Below, in pieces: positions 9,770-20,123 of a stretch of 32,000 nt of DNA (the first letter of the stretch is position 1; every line of letters begins with the position of its first letter). The notes beneath the pieces are model-generated. The model saw only the letters and a program-made list of their open reading frames with translations, ran no database searches and had not been told where the DNA came from. A program made the position numbers and the translations under genes. The DNA lies in the sequence record CM123846.1. One strand, written 5' to 3'.

Positions 9770-10240
9770 ATGTCTCGTCGACGTACTCAAAAAAAACGTA
9801 GTGTAATGCCCGATCCGGTATATGATAGCCGTCTAATAGAATTAATCGTTCGTCAAATTATGCGTAAAGGGAAAAAATCTTTAGCATATAAAATTATGTA
9901 TGAAACTATGACACAAATTGCTGAGACTACTCAACAAGACCCATTAGTAGTTATTGAACAAGCAATTCGTAATGCAACGCCATTAGTTGAAGTTAAAGCA
10001 CGTCGTGTTGGAGGATCAACGTATCAAGTTCCTTTAGAAGTATTACCAGAACGAGGAACAGCTCTTGCAATCCGTTGGATTTTAGCAGCTTGTCGTGTTA
10101 AATCAGGTCGTCCAATGACAATAAAGTTAACGTCTGAATTAATTGAAGCTTCAAAAAATTCTGGAAGTGCAATCCGAAAACGTGATGAAGTACATAAAAT
10201 GGCAGAAGCTAATAAAGCATTTGCTAAATATCGATTTTAA
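9770..10240 (+). CDS. rps7: ribosomal protein S7
   Basis: 156-aa ORF. It contains PDPVYDSRL and [16 protein letters not shown]. Confidence 0.96.
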   Translation: MSRRRTQKKRSVMPDPVYDSRLIELIVRQIMRKGKKSLAYKIMYETMTQIAETTQQDPLVVIEQAIRNATPLVEVKARRVGGSTYQVPLEVLPERGTALAIRWILAACRVKSGRPMTIKLTSELIEASKNSGSAIRKRDEVHKMAEANKAFAKYRF

Positions 10241-10308
10241 ATAATTGATATTTAATCAAGATCAAATTTATTTAAATTTTTGAAAAAAATATACACAAGG
10301 AAATTAAA

Positions 10309-11538
10309 ATGGCACGTGAAAAATTTGAACGTAGTAAACCACATATTAACATTGGAACAATCGGCCACGTTGATCATGGAAAAACAACATTAACAGCTGC
10401 TATTACAATGGCACTAGCATTACGTGGTGGTGGTAAAGGTCAAAAATATGACGATATTGATTCAGCACCAGAAGAAAAAGCACGTGGTATTACTATTAAT
10501 ACTGCACATGTTGAATATGAAACAGAAAATCGTCATTATGCCCACGTAGATTGTCCAGGTCATGCTGATTATGTAAAAAATATGATTACTGGAGCAGCAC
10601 AAATGGATGGAGCAATTTTAGTTGTATCAGGTGCTGATGGTCCAATGCCACAAACGAAAGAACACTTATTATTAGCTAAGCAAGTAGGTGTACCAAATAT
10701 TGTTGTTTTCTTAAATAAAGAAGATCAAGTAGATGATCCTGAATTATTAGAATTAGTTGAACTAGAAATTCGTGAAACATTAGATAAATACGAATTCCCT
10801 GGGGATGATATTCCAATTGTTTCAGGTTCTGCTTTATTAGCATTAGAAGCATTAACAGAAGCTGAAACAATTGATCGTGGTCAAAATGAGTGGGTTGATA
10901 AAATTTATGCATTAATGGATGAAGTAGACTCATATATTCCAACACCAGAACGTGCAACAGACAAACCATTCTTAATGGCAGTTGAAGATGTATTCTCAAT
11001 TACTGGTCGTGGTACAGTAGCAACTGGTCGTGTAGAACGTGGTTTAGTAAAAATCGGTGATACAGTGGAAATTGTTGGTTTACGTGATACACGTTCAACA
11101 ACAGTAACTGGTTTAGAAATGTTCCAAAAAACATTAGACGAAAGTGTTGCCGGTGATAATGTTGGAGTATTACTACGTGGTGTTCAAAAAGAGGACATTG
11201 AACGTGGAATGGTACTTGCACAACCAGGTAGTATCACACCACATACCGAATTTGAAGCACAAGTATATGTACTAACAAAAGAAGAAGGTGGTCGTCATAC
11301 TCCATTCTTCCCGGGTTACCGTCCACAGTTTTATGTACGAACTACTGATGTTACTGGAAAAATTGAATCATTCCGTGCAGATGATGATAGTGAAACACAA
11401 ATGGTAATGCCAGGTGATCGTATTAAAATGAATGTATCTTTAATTCAACCAATTGCCATTGAAAAAGGTATGCGCTTTGCAATCCGTGAAGGTGGGCGTA
11501 CCGTAGGTGCTGGTGTTGTAAGTACTATTACAAAATAA
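10309..11538 (+). CDS. tufA: elongation factor Tu
   Basis: 409-aa ORF with [18 protein letters not shown] and NKED GTPase motifs. It completes the str-type cluster rps12-rps7-tufA. Confidence 0.98.
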   Translation: MAREKFERSKPHINIGTIGHVDHGKTTLTAAITMALALRGGGKGQKYDDIDSAPEEKARGITINTAHVEYETENRHYAHVDCPGHADYVKNMITGAAQMDGAILVVSGADGPMPQTKEHLLLAKQVGVPNIVVFLNKEDQVDDPELLELVELEIRETLDKYEFPGDDIPIVSGSALLALEALTEAETIDRGQNEWVDKIYALMDEVDSYIPTPERATDKPFLMAVEDVFSITGRGTVATGRVERGLVKIGDTVEIVGLRDTRSTTVTGLEMFQKTLDESVAGDNVGVLLRGVQKEDIERGMVLAQPGSITPHTEFEAQVYVLTKEEGGRHTPFFPGYRPQFYVRTTDVTGKIESFRADDDSETQMVMPGDRIKMNVSLIQPIAIEKGMRFAIREGGRTVGAGVVSTITK

Positions 11539-11552
11539 TCCAGTCCGTTCTT

Positions 11553-11590
11553 TCTATAATTTTATCGATTTTTATCGATAAAATTATAGA
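11553..11590 (+). terminator. 3' stem-loop downstream of tufA
   Basis: TCTATAATTTTATCGAT pairs with ATCGATAAAATTATAGA (17 bp perfect, 4-nt loop). Confidence 0.65.
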
Positions 11591-11634
11591 ATATATATTA
11601 ATTAATATTTTAATTTGAAAAAAAAAAAATTATT

Positions 11635-12021
11635 ATGACAAAGCTTCACGAAGTTGTTGAAAATATTAAATCTGGAACAATTCGATCAGATATTCCAGAA
11701 ATCAAAATTGGAGATTTAGTACGCGTTGGCGTAGCAATTCAAGAAGGAAATAAAGAACGTATTCAACCTTTTGAAGGCACTGTAATATCCCGTCATTTAG
11801 CTGGTTCAGAAAGTAGTATTACAATTCGAAAAACATTGCAGGGTATTGGCGTTGAACGTGTATTTCCATTACATGCGCCATGTTTAAAAAGTATTGAAGT
11901 ATTGCGTCGTGCTGAAGTTGCCCGTGCTAAACTATATTATTTACGTAATAGAACTGGAAAAGCAACACGTTTAAAACAAAAGTTTGAAACTTTACCAAAA
12001 CCTTGGAAAACTGACAATTAA
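11635..12021 (+). CDS. rpl19: ribosomal protein L19
   Basis: 128-aa ORF containing IKIGDLVRVGVAIQEGNKERIQPFEGTVI and GVERVFPLH. Confidence 0.92.
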   Translation: MTKLHEVVENIKSGTIRSDIPEIKIGDLVRVGVAIQEGNKERIQPFEGTVISRHLAGSESSITIRKTLQGIGVERVFPLHAPCLKSIEVLRRAEVARAKLYYLRNRTGKATRLKQKFETLPKPWKTDN

Positions 12022-12033
12022 TCAAATTTTTTT

Positions 12034-12576
12034 ATGAAAAAATCACTTTATTATACAGTACCAGGTGCAAGACGATTAAGTAATTATATTTGGGGTACTA
12101 TTTTAACAATTGGTGGTCTTGGTTTTTTATTAACGGGTGTATCTTGTTATTTAAATTATGCAATTTTACCTTTTATTAATATACAAACAATTCAATTTTT
12201 TCCTCAAGGATTAGTAATGTCCTTTTATGGAATTCTTGGTTTATCTCTAAGTATTTATATTTGGTTAATTATTTTATGGGATTTAGGCCAAGGTTATAAT
12301 GAATTTAATCTTGAAACCGGCGAAATACAAATTTTTCGATGGGGCTTTCCAGGTAAAAATAGACGTATTAATCTAAAATACCTAATTAGTGAGGTACAAA
12401 GTATTCGAGTTGAGATTAAAGAAGGGATTAACCCTAGACGAGTGATTTATTTAAAGTTACGTGGTAATCGTGAAATCCCATTAACAAGAGCAGGCCAACC
12501 AATTAGTATTCAAGAACTTGAAAACCAAGCAGCAGAATTGGCTCGTGTATTACAAGTGTCATTAGAAGGAATTTAA
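12034..12576 (+). CDS. ycf4: photosystem I assembly protein Ycf4
   Basis: 180-aa ORF with RRLSNYIWGTILTIGGLGFLLTG, FFPQGLVMSFYG and two N-terminal TM helices. Confidence 0.92.
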   Translation: MKKSLYYTVPGARRLSNYIWGTILTIGGLGFLLTGVSCYLNYAILPFINIQTIQFFPQGLVMSFYGILGLSLSIYIWLIILWDLGQGYNEFNLETGEIQIFRWGFPGKNRRINLKYLISEVQSIRVEIKEGINPRRVIYLKLRGNREIPLTRAGQPISIQELENQAAELARVLQVSLEGI

Positions 12577-12595
12577 TATTTTTAAAAATTAATTT

Positions 12596-13426
12596 ATGGC
12601 AAAACGAGCAATTGAACAAACTGGTTTAATCCCAAGATCGATTATTCGAACTTTTGAAAGATTTAAAAAACAACTTTTTCCTGGTGTTGAGATGTTAGTC
12701 ATTCAAGAGTTTCGAATATCACGATATCAAGTTATTGTTTCTATTCAAGCTTTATTTTTCTTAATTTTTATTCCCATTTTTATAAATTTTATTTCAAAAC
12801 ATTTCATTATTACTCCATTTGTAAAATATATTTGGAATAAAAATAATGTAGATATATTCTTAAATATTCAACAACAACAATTAGCATTAAATGAATTAAA
12901 AGAATTTGAAGAAATCCTATATTTTGAAAGTTTATTAAGCAATCAAAATTTCGGAGAAAATATATCTAACTTAACAAATTTAGAGTTACAAAACTCAATT
13001 AATAAAAAAACAATTGAAATTGCATTAACGTATAATGAAGAAAGTATTCAAGCAATTAGTAATTTATTTTCAGATTTTTTAAGTTTAAGTAGTTTAGCAA
13101 TTGTTTTTGTACTAATAAAAACCCAATTAATTATTCTTAAATCATTTTTAGCTGAATCATTATATAGTTTAAGTGATACAACTAAATCATTTTTATTAAT
13201 TTTAAGTACAGATTTATTGGTTGGGTTTCATTCACCACGAGGTTGGGAAGTTTTCTTAAAATGGGTTTTTTATCATTTTGGTGTTCCAGAAAATGAAGAA
13301 TTTATGTCATTATTTGTTGCAACATTTCCAGTATTTTTAGACACTATTTTTAAATATTGGATTTTTAGATCATTAAATAAAATATCACCGTCAACAGTTG
13401 CAACCTATCATAATATGATTGAATAA
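12596..13426 (+). CDS. cemA: chloroplast envelope membrane protein
   Basis: 276-aa ORF. The C-terminal part (LVGFHSPRGWEVF, TFPVFLDTIFKYWIFR, SPSTVATYHNM) matches the conserved CemA/Ycf10 core. Confidence 0.9.
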   Translation: MAKRAIEQTGLIPRSIIRTFERFKKQLFPGVEMLVIQEFRISRYQVIVSIQALFFLIFIPIFINFISKHFIITPFVKYIWNKNNVDIFLNIQQQQLALNELKEFEEILYFESLLSNQNFGENISNLTNLELQNSINKKTIEIALTYNEESIQAISNLFSDFLSLSSLAIVFVLIKTQLIILKSFLAESLYSLSDTTKSFLLILSTDLLVGFHSPRGWEVFLKWVFYHFGVPENEEFMSLFVATFPVFLDTIFKYWIFRSLNKISPSTVATYHNMIE

Positions 13427-13428
13427 TT

Positions 13429-13452
13429 CGAACAAAAATACAGTTTTGTTCG
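13429..13452 (+). terminator. 3' stem-loop immediately after cemA
   Basis: CGAACAAAA pairs with TTTTGTTCG (9 bp, 6-nt loop). Confidence 0.5.
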
Positions 13453-13600
13453 GATTTGGGAAATCCTTTTAAACTTTAAATTATAAATACGAACTATTAA
13501 ATTTATAAAACTTATGTTTCACTTTATAATGATGATTCTAAATAAATTTATTTATTGAATTTAAATAAATAAATTAAATATTCAAATACATTTATATTTT

Positions 13601-13861
13601 ATGATGCTAGACTTGGTGAAATATCCAGTAATTCGCACTGAAAAATCTACACGTTTAATTGAAAATAATCAATTTAGCTTTGATGTAGATATGCGTCTTA
13701 CAAAACCACAAATTAAAAAATTAATTGAAGATTTTTTTGATGTTAAAGTACTGGCAGTTAATACACATCGACCTCCACGTAAATTTAAACGAATGGGTGC
13801 GAAATCAAATTATAAACGTGTAATTATAACTGTTGATGCAAATGATAGCTTATTAAAATAA
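13601..13861 (+). CDS. rpl23: ribosomal protein L23
   Basis: 86-aa ORF beginning [29 protein letters not shown]. It is the first gene of the S10/spc-like cluster. Confidence 0.93.
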   Translation: MMLDLVKYPVIRTEKSTRLIENNQFSFDVDMRLTKPQIKKLIEDFFDVKVLAVNTHRPPRKFKRMGAKSNYKRVIITVDANDSLLK

Positions 13862-13880
13862 TTTTTATTATATATATATT

Positions 13881-14708
13881 ATGGCAATTAGATTTTTAAA
13901 AGCTGCAACACCAGGAACACGACATGGTTCTGTCAGTGATTTTTCTCAAATATCAAAAAAACGACCAGAGAAAAAATTAACATCTTGGTGGTCTCGTTCA
14001 AAAGGACGAAATAATAGAGGTATTATTACAACTCGACACCGTGGTGGTGGCCATAAAAGGCTATATCGAAAAATCGATTTTGCACGAACTAAAGTAGGTG
14101 TGAATGCAAAAGTCGTTAGTATTGAATATGATCCAAACCGTAATGCTCGTATTGCATTATTACATTATCCAGATGGAGAAAAACGTTATATTTTACATCC
14201 AATTGGATTAAATATTGGCGATACAATTACTGCATCACCAGATGCTAATATTACAATTGGTAATTGTTTACCATTAAAAAATATTCCATTAGGAACAGAT
14301 GTTCATAATATTGAATTACAACCTGGTGGGGGAGGACAATTAGTACGTGCAGCAGGAACAGTTGCACAAGTTGTTGCAAAAGAAAATAGTTGGGTTACTT
14401 TACGTTTACCATCTGGTGAAGTTAGGTTAATTTCCGAAAATTGTTGGGCAACAATTGGGCGTGTTGGAAATATTGATTTTTCTAATTTAACATTAGGTAA
14501 AGCTGGCCGCCGTCGTTGGTTAGGGTATAGACCACATGTACGTGGATCAGCAATGAACCCAGTTGATCACCCACATGGTGGTGGTGAAGGTCGTGCTCCA
14601 ATTGGTCGTTCGCGTCCAGTAAGTCCATGGGGTAAACCAGCATTAGGAGCAAAGACTCGTAAACCAAAAAAATGGAGTACAAAATATATTGTACAAAAAC
14701 GTAAATAA
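13881..14708 (+). CDS. rpl2: ribosomal protein L2 (no intron)
   Basis: 275-aa ORF containing [12 protein letters not shown] and [14 protein letters not shown]. Confidence 0.97.
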   Translation: MAIRFLKAATPGTRHGSVSDFSQISKKRPEKKLTSWWSRSKGRNNRGIITTRHRGGGHKRLYRKIDFARTKVGVNAKVVSIEYDPNRNARIALLHYPDGEKRYILHPIGLNIGDTITASPDANITIGNCLPLKNIPLGTDVHNIELQPGGGGQLVRAAGTVAQVVAKENSWVTLRLPSGEVRLISENCWATIGRVGNIDFSNLTLGKAGRRRWLGYRPHVRGSAMNPVDHPHGGGEGRAPIGRSRPVSPWGKPALGAKTRKPKKWSTKYIVQKRK

Positions 14709-14743
14709 ATATAGTTCGATATAACTACTAAAAATTCATTATT

Positions 14744-15022
14744 ATGGGAAGATCATTAAAAAAGGCACCATTTGTGGCTGATCATTTACTTAAAAAAATT
14801 GAACGCGCAAATGTTCAAGGTGATAAAAAAGTAATTACAACATGGTCACGTTCCTCAACAATTGTTCCAGTTATGATTGGACATACAATTGCGGTACATA
14901 ATGGACGTACACATATTCCAGTATTTATTACTGATCAAATGGTAGGGCATAAATTAGGTGAATTTTCACCAACTCGTACATTTAAAGGTCATATTAAAAA
15001 GGATAAAAAATCAAAACGATAG
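14744..15022 (+). CDS. rps19: ribosomal protein S19
   Basis: 92-aa ORF containing [24 protein letters not shown] and GHKLGEF. TAG stop. Confidence 0.97.
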   Translation: MGRSLKKAPFVADHLLKKIERANVQGDKKVITTWSRSSTIVPVMIGHTIAVHNGRTHIPVFITDQMVGHKLGEFSPTRTFKGHIKKDKKSKR

Positions 15023-15028
15023 AAAATT

Positions 15029-15733
15029 ATGGGACAAAAAGTACATCCTTTAGGCTTTCGCCTTGGAATAACACAAAAGCATCAAAGTTATTGGTGTACG
15101 AACCGTGAATTATCATCGGTTTGGATTCAAGATGCGAATTTTTTACGCAATTTCATTACAAAAAATTATTCAAAGGCTGGAATTACACGTATTGAAATCC
15201 GACGTCGTCGTTTTGGTTCATCATCATTAACTATTGAAATTTTTGCTGCACGACCAAATTTATTTGGAAATCGTGAAACACAAAATTTAGATAAATTACG
15301 TGATTCATTAACAACTGAATTAGAACGTTTTTATCGAAAACGAAATTTAGAACAACCAACTAAACTACAAATTAGTTTATATGTAAAACCATTAGCAAAC
15401 CCTGATATTTATGCACATGTTTTAGCTGACCGATTAGTTGAAGATTTAGAACAACGTAAACCATATCGTCGTTCAATGAAACAACTTGTTCAACGTGCTC
15501 GAAAAGCAGGTGTAAAAGGAATTAAAGTTCAAGTTTCTGGAAGATTGAACGGAGCTGATATTGCTCGTGCTGAAGATGTTCGCGATGGCGCTGTACCATT
15601 ACAAACTTTACGTGCAAATATTGACTATTGTTCGAAATCTGCAAAAACAATTTATGGCTTATTAGGCATTAAAATTTGGGTTTTTAATGGTGAACAATTA
15701 TCAAAGTTAGATAACTTAGCAACTGAACTATAA
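15029..15733 (+). CDS. rps3: ribosomal protein S3
   Basis: 234-aa ORF beginning MGQKVHPLGFRLGIT and containing VSGRLNGADIAR. It starts 6 nt after rps19, so rpl22 does not intervene. Confidence 0.95.
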   Translation: MGQKVHPLGFRLGITQKHQSYWCTNRELSSVWIQDANFLRNFITKNYSKAGITRIEIRRRRFGSSSLTIEIFAARPNLFGNRETQNLDKLRDSLTTELERFYRKRNLEQPTKLQISLYVKPLANPDIYAHVLADRLVEDLEQRKPYRRSMKQLVQRARKAGVKGIKVQVSGRLNGADIARAEDVRDGAVPLQTLRANIDYCSKSAKTIYGLLGIKIWVFNGEQLSKLDNLATEL

Positions 15734-15770
15734 TTGCAATTATCAAAATATTTAATTATTAAATTTAATT

Positions 15771-16181
15771 ATGTTAAGCCCAAAACGAACAAAATTTAGA
15801 CGTCATCATCGTGGTCGTATGCGTGGCAAAGCTACACGTGGTAATACATTAGCGTTTGGTGATTATGGATTACAAACTTTAGAAAGATCATGGATTACTT
15901 CACGTCAAATTGAAGCTGCTAGACGTGCAATGACAAGACATATTCGACGTGGCGGTAAAATTTGGATACGTTTATTTCCAGATAAACCAGTAACAATGCG
16001 AGCGGCAGAAACTCGAATGGGTTCCGGAAAAGGGACACCAGAATATTGGGTTGCTGTTGTAAAACCTGGTAAAATTTTATACGAAATTAAAGGTGTACCA
16101 GAAACAGTTGCACGTGTTGCATTAAAACTAGCTGGTGCTAAATTACCAGTGAAAACGCGAATTCTTATTCGTACTAATTAA
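15771..16181 (+). CDS. rpl16: ribosomal protein L16 (no intron)
   Basis: 136-aa ORF beginning [19 protein letters not shown] and containing RMGSGKG. Confidence 0.97.
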   Translation: MLSPKRTKFRRHHRGRMRGKATRGNTLAFGDYGLQTLERSWITSRQIEAARRAMTRHIRRGGKIWIRLFPDKPVTMRAAETRMGSGKGTPEYWVAVVKPGKILYEIKGVPETVARVALKLAGAKLPVKTRILIRTN

Positions 16182-16213
16182 TCAAATCGTTTAAATTAGA
16201 AAAAGAAACCAAT

Positions 16214-16582
16214 ATGATTCAACCACAATCTTATCTCACTGTTGCTGATAATTCAGGAGCAAGAGAAGTAATGTGCATTCGAGTATTAGGAAGTGGAAAA
16301 GCGAGAGCAGCAACGGTTGGCGATATTATTGTTGCTGTTGTTAAAGAAGCAAATCCTAATATGCCAATCAAAAAATCAGATATTGTTCGTGCCGTAATTG
16401 TTCGTACAAGAAAAAATGTACGACGAGCAAATGGTACAAGTATTCGATTCGACGAAAATGCAGCTGTCATTATTAATAAAGAAAATAATCCTCGTGGAAC
16501 ACGAGTTTTTGGCCCGGTAGCACGTGAGTTACGTGACGGCAATTTTACAAAAATTATTTCATTAGCTCCAGAAGTTATATAA
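16214..16582 (+). CDS. rpl14: ribosomal protein L14
   Basis: 122-aa ORF beginning [26 protein letters not shown]. Confidence 0.97.
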   Translation: MIQPQSYLTVADNSGAREVMCIRVLGSGKARAATVGDIIVAVVKEANPNMPIKKSDIVRAVIVRTRKNVRRANGTSIRFDENAAVIINKENNPRGTRVFGPVARELRDGNFTKIISLAPEVI

Positions 16583-16594
16583 AAAAAAATTAAT

Positions 16595-17140
16595 ATGGTA
16601 CAACGATTAGACAAGTTCTATCAAACAACCGTAACACCACAATTAAAAAAACAATTTGAGTATACCAATACTCATCGAGTTCCAAAACTAGAAAAAATTG
16701 TAATTAATCGTGGTTTAGGGGATGCATCACAAAATTCTAAATTATTAGAATCGTGTTCAAATGAATTAAGTATTATTACTGGCCAACAAGGTATTACAAC
16801 GCGATCAAAAAAAGCTATTGCTGGTTTTAAATTAAGACAAAAAATGCCAGTTGGATTAGTAGTAACACTACGAAAAGATCGAATGTATGCGTTTTTAGAT
16901 CGCTTAATTAATTTAGCACTACCACGTATTCGCGATTTTCAAGGAATGAATCCAAAAAGTTTTGATGGAAATGGAAATTATAGTTTAGGATTAGATGAAC
17001 AATTAATGTTCCCAGAAATTGATTATGATAAAATTGATCAAATTCGTGGTATGGACATTTCCATTATTACTAGTGCAAAAAATGATGAAGAAGGTTTAGC
17101 TTTATTATCAGCATTTGGTATGCCATTTAGAAAAAAATAA
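16595..17140 (+). CDS. rpl5: ribosomal protein L5
   Basis: 181-aa ORF containing [32 protein letters not shown] and GNYSLGL. Confidence 0.95.
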   Translation: MVQRLDKFYQTTVTPQLKKQFEYTNTHRVPKLEKIVINRGLGDASQNSKLLESCSNELSIITGQQGITTRSKKAIAGFKLRQKMPVGLVVTLRKDRMYAFLDRLINLALPRIRDFQGMNPKSFDGNGNYSLGLDEQLMFPEIDYDKIDQIRGMDISIITSAKNDEEGLALLSAFGMPFRKK

Positions 17141-17152
17141 ATACAAGTCAAT

Positions 17153-17563
17153 ATGGTAAATGACACAATTAGTGATATGTTAACACGTATTCGTAATGCA
17201 AATTTAGCATCGAAACAATGTGTAACAATTCCAAAGACAAATATTCATATTAATATTGCAAAAATATTAGAACAAGAAGGTTTTATTGATAGTATTGAAA
17301 TAAAAGCTTCTGAATCAAATGATTTTATTTTAAATTTAAAGTATATTTCAACGGGCGAAAATAGTAATATTAAAAAACCATGTATTACAAATTTAAAACG
17401 AATTAGTACACCTGGTCTTAGAATCTATACAAATTCTAAAGATATCCCACAAAGTTTTGGCGGAATGGGTATTGTTATTATCTCAACATCTCAAGGTTTA
17501 ATGACTGATCGCGATGCTCGTAAAGCAAAATTAGGCGGTGAAATTCTTTGTTCCGTTTGGTAA
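17153..17563 (+). CDS. rps8: ribosomal protein S8
   Basis: 136-aa ORF beginning [16 protein letters not shown] and ending GGEILCSVW. Confidence 0.95.
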   Translation: MVNDTISDMLTRIRNANLASKQCVTIPKTNIHINIAKILEQEGFIDSIEIKASESNDFILNLKYISTGENSNIKKPCITNLKRISTPGLRIYTNSKDIPQSFGGMGIVIISTSQGLMTDRDARKAKLGGEILCSVW

Positions 17564-17590
17564 AAAAAATTATTTTTTTAAATTTATATA

Positions 17591-17596
17591 AGGAGG
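17591..17596 (+). promoter_or_regulatory. Shine-Dalgarno-like AGGAGG upstream of infA
   Basis: A perfect AGGAGG lies 3 nt before the TTG at 17600. Confidence 0.5.
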
Positions 17597-17599
17597 CCT

Positions 17600-17857
17600 T
17601 TGAATCAAAAAAATGTTGATTTAATTGAAATCGAAGGAACAGTAACGCAATGCTTATCAAATGGTATGTTTCGTGTAAAACTTGAAAATGGTTTTTTAGT
17701 ATTAGCACACGTATCAGGTAAAATTCGTCGAAATTATATTCGAATTTTACTTGGTGACCGTGTTCTTGTTGAATTAAGCCCTTATGATTTAACACGAGGT
17801 CGAATTACTTTTAGATTGCGTCCTGGCAAAGAACAAATAATTACAGAAGAAACTTAA
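17600..17857 (+). CDS. infA: translation initiation factor IF-1, TTG start
   Basis: 85-aa ORF containing [64 protein letters not shown]. It is collinear with bacterial IF-1 from the N-terminus. Codon 1 is TTG. There is no in-frame ATG before Met23, and an in-frame TAA lies at 17579. Confidence 0.88.
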   Translation: MNQKNVDLIEIEGTVTQCLSNGMFRVKLENGFLVLAHVSGKIRRNYIRILLGDRVLVELSPYDLTRGRITFRLRPGKEQIITEET

Positions 17858-17864
17858 AACTAAT

Positions 17865-17978
17865 ATGAAAGTACGTCCATCAGTTAGAAGAATGTGCGAT
17901 AAATGTCGTTTAATTAAACGTAAAGGTACAATTCGTATTATTTGTACGAATCCAAAACATAAACAACGTCAAGGTTAA
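17865..17978 (+). CDS. rpl36: ribosomal protein L36
   Basis: My translation is [37 protein letters not shown] (37 aa). Confidence 0.95.
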   Translation: MKVRPSVRRMCDKCRLIKRKGTIRIICTNPKHKQRQG

Positions 17979-18010
17979 TGTTTTATTTATAAAAATATAT
18001 AATTATATAT

Positions 18011-18403
18011 ATGGCAAAAAGAATCGAACGAACTGCGAAAAAGAAATTTCGTGAAAAAGTAGGGCGTGGTGTAGCACATATTCAATCTACTTTTAATAAC
18101 ACAATTGTAACAATTACAAATGTTAATGGAAATGTTTTAGCTTGGTCATCAGCAGGTGCTTGTGGCTTTAAAGGTGCACGTAAAAAAACACCGTTTGCAG
18201 CTAAGCAAGCTGCAGAAAATGTTGCACAAACTTGTGTTAGTCAAGGGATGAAAGAAATTGTAGTCCAAGTAAAAGGAGCAGGTGCCGGTCGTGAAGCTGC
18301 TTTACGCGGTTTATTAGATGCTGGATTATCAATTACTCGAATTCGTGATATTACTCCCATCCCACATAATGGCTGTCGTCCACCGAAAAAACGACGCATT
18401 TAA
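18011..18403 (+). CDS. rps11: ribosomal protein S11
   Basis: 130-aa ORF containing [30 protein letters not shown] and [17 protein letters not shown]. Confidence 0.97.
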   Translation: MAKRIERTAKKKFREKVGRGVAHIQSTFNNTIVTITNVNGNVLAWSSAGACGFKGARKKTPFAAKQAAENVAQTCVSQGMKEIVVQVKGAGAGREAALRGLLDAGLSITRIRDITPIPHNGCRPPKKRRI

Positions 18404-18408
18404 TTTTT

Positions 18409-19173
18409 ATGGTTGTTAATAATAAATTTATTTCATATATTGAATCTCGAGTTCAATCTAATAATGAATTATATGGTAGGTTTCACATTGGGAGTTTTCG
18501 TAGAGGTCAAAGTCTAACTGTTGCAAATACGCTACGTAGGACTCTCTTATCTGAAATACCAGCGTTTCTTATTACAAAAGTGGAAATTGAAGATGTTTGT
18601 CATGAATTTGATTCAATTGAAGCAATTCAAGAAAATGTTCTTGATGTTTTATTAAATTTTAAAAATTTAAAATTAAAATCAATCAATTCAAAATTAGTTG
18701 ATCCAAATTATCCAACGCATAAATATACAGGATATATTAATTATTCAGGACCAGGTATTATTACTGCCAATGATATACATTTTCCTGAAAATGTCGTACC
18801 CGTAAATAACACACATTACATTGCGACATGTAGTAATACAGGAACCTTTACTGCGAAATTGACAATTGAATTTTTAGATCCTAGTCAATTGATTAACCTC
18901 GAATCTTCGAATTTAAATGCAGTAACAAATGAATTACTAATTCATTCAGTACCAAAACCAGTTAAACAAGTTAATTATACGATCCAAAAATTATCTAATT
19001 TTCCGGATCAAGAGTATATTTCATTAGAAATTTGGACAGATGGAAGTATCGATCCTCATACAACTCTAACTTACATCTTAAAAAGATTAACCACTAAATT
19101 TTTTCAACTTGCTAATTTATCGAATGAACTGCAAACACCATTTGTAATTGATAATACAGCAAAAATAAACTAA
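18409..19173 (+). CDS. rpoA: RNA polymerase alpha subunit, N-terminal domain only (254 aa)
   Basis: LTVANTLRRTLLSEIPAFLITKVEIEDVCHEFDSIEAIQENVLDVLLNFKNL aligns with the alpha-NTD motif GNALRR.LLS...EV.I.GV.HE. SLEIWTDGSIDP marks the end of the NTD. The position after rps11 is canonical. It stops about 45 aa later and rps9 starts 25 nt downstream. Confidence 0.85.
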   Translation: MVVNNKFISYIESRVQSNNELYGRFHIGSFRRGQSLTVANTLRRTLLSEIPAFLITKVEIEDVCHEFDSIEAIQENVLDVLLNFKNLKLKSINSKLVDPNYPTHKYTGYINYSGPGIITANDIHFPENVVPVNNTHYIATCSNTGTFTAKLTIEFLDPSQLINLESSNLNAVTNELLIHSVPKPVKQVNYTIQKLSNFPDQEYISLEIWTDGSIDPHTTLTYILKRLTTKFFQLANLSNELQTPFVIDNTAKIN

Positions 19174-19198
19174 CGACAGACAATCTTATAGATATATA

Positions 19199-19612
19199 AT
19201 GAACCAATCAATTGATATAACAGGTAATGTAATTAAAGCAGGCGGTCGAAAAAATGCGCAGGCTCAAGTACAACTAATCCCCGGTTCTGGTAATTCAATT
19301 CTTATTAATGGAAAATCAGCAGATACATATTTTCAACAAAATGCTGTATATTTACAATGTATTTATACGGTTTATGAAATGGTAAAAACTGAAAAAAAAT
19401 ATGATGCCATTATTACTGTTGAAGGTGGTGGATTAAGTGCTCAAGCTCAAGCTATTCGTTTAGCTTTATGTAAAGCTTTTAGTACTTTATTTCCAAATTT
19501 ACGACCATATTTTAAAGAGCGTAAGTTTTTAACGCGTGATGCTCGAATGAAAGAACGTCGTAAATATGGTCTAAAAAAAGCTCGTAAAGCACCGCAATTT
19601 TCAAAACGATAA
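19199..19612 (+). CDS. rps9: ribosomal protein S9
   Basis: 137-aa ORF containing GGGLSAQAQAIRLAL and TRDARMKERRKYGLKKARKAPQFSKR. Confidence 0.93.
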   Translation: MNQSIDITGNVIKAGGRKNAQAQVQLIPGSGNSILINGKSADTYFQQNAVYLQCIYTVYEMVKTEKKYDAIITVEGGGLSAQAQAIRLALCKAFSTLFPNLRPYFKERKFLTRDARMKERRKYGLKKARKAPQFSKR

Positions 19613-19670
19613 TATTTTTTATTTATTTTTCAATAAACTTCTTAACTAAAAAAAAAATTAAAATTCGATT

Positions 19671-20072
19671 ATGTCAACTACAACAAACGAAATCTTAGAA
19701 AAATTAAAATCAATTACTTTATTAGAAGCTGCAGAATTAGTATCACAAATTGAAGAAACATTTGGTGTTGATGCATCGGCACCAGTTGGTGGTGGTTTTG
19801 TTGCTATGGCAGGTGACCCTGGTGCAGCAACTGGTGGTGATACAGCAGTTGAAGAAAAATCAACTTTTGATGTTGTTTTAGAAGATGTTCCAAGTGATAA
19901 ACGTGTTCCCGTATTAAAAATTATTCGTAATTTAACATCATTAGATTTAAAAGAAGCAAAAGAAGCAATTACAACTTTACCAAATAGTATTATTAAAGGT
20001 GTCTCAAAAGAAGATGCTGAAGCTGCGAAACAACAATTAGAAGAAACAGGTTCAAAAGTATCAATTGCATAA
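19671..20072 (+). CDS. rpl12: ribosomal protein L7/L12
   Basis: 133-aa ORF. It contains [26 protein letters not shown], an Ala/Gly hinge, and LKEAKEAI followed by [14 protein letters not shown]. Confidence 0.93.
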   Translation: MSTTTNEILEKLKSITLLEAAELVSQIEETFGVDASAPVGGGFVAMAGDPGAATGGDTAVEEKSTFDVVLEDVPSDKRVPVLKIIRNLTSLDLKEAKEAITTLPNSIIKGVSKEDAEAAKQQLEETGSKVSIA

Positions 20073-20084
20073 AAATATATTCGT

Positions 20085-20115
20085 TGTACTTTGATTTGAT
20101 TCAAATCAAAGTACA
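20085..20115 (+). terminator. 3' stem-loop downstream of rpl12
   Basis: TGTACTTTGATTTGA pairs with TCAAATCAAAGTACA. It is a near-perfect 31-nt palindrome, giving roughly a 13-bp stem once a loop is allowed. Confidence 0.6.
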
Positions 20116-20123
20116 TAATAAAT

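Noticed and set aside
15023-15028. Absence of rpl22 between rps19 and rps3 (6-nt spacer), and of rps13 and the secY-type genes in the cluster.
   Set aside because: This is a genuine absence in the sequence. As far as I recall it is typical of chlorophyte plastomes rather than an anomaly, so it bears on lineage but is not novel.
16231-16614. 127-aa minus-strand ORF.
   Set aside because: It is antisense to rpl14 and the start of rpl5 and has no recognisable family, so I treat it as a shadow ORF.
19658-20116. 152-aa minus-strand ORF from the track.
   Set aside because: It lies exactly antisense to rpl12 and runs into the rpl12 terminator hairpin. The product is low-complexity and Ser/Ala-rich, as expected for a shadow of the Ala/Gly/Glu-rich L12 frame.
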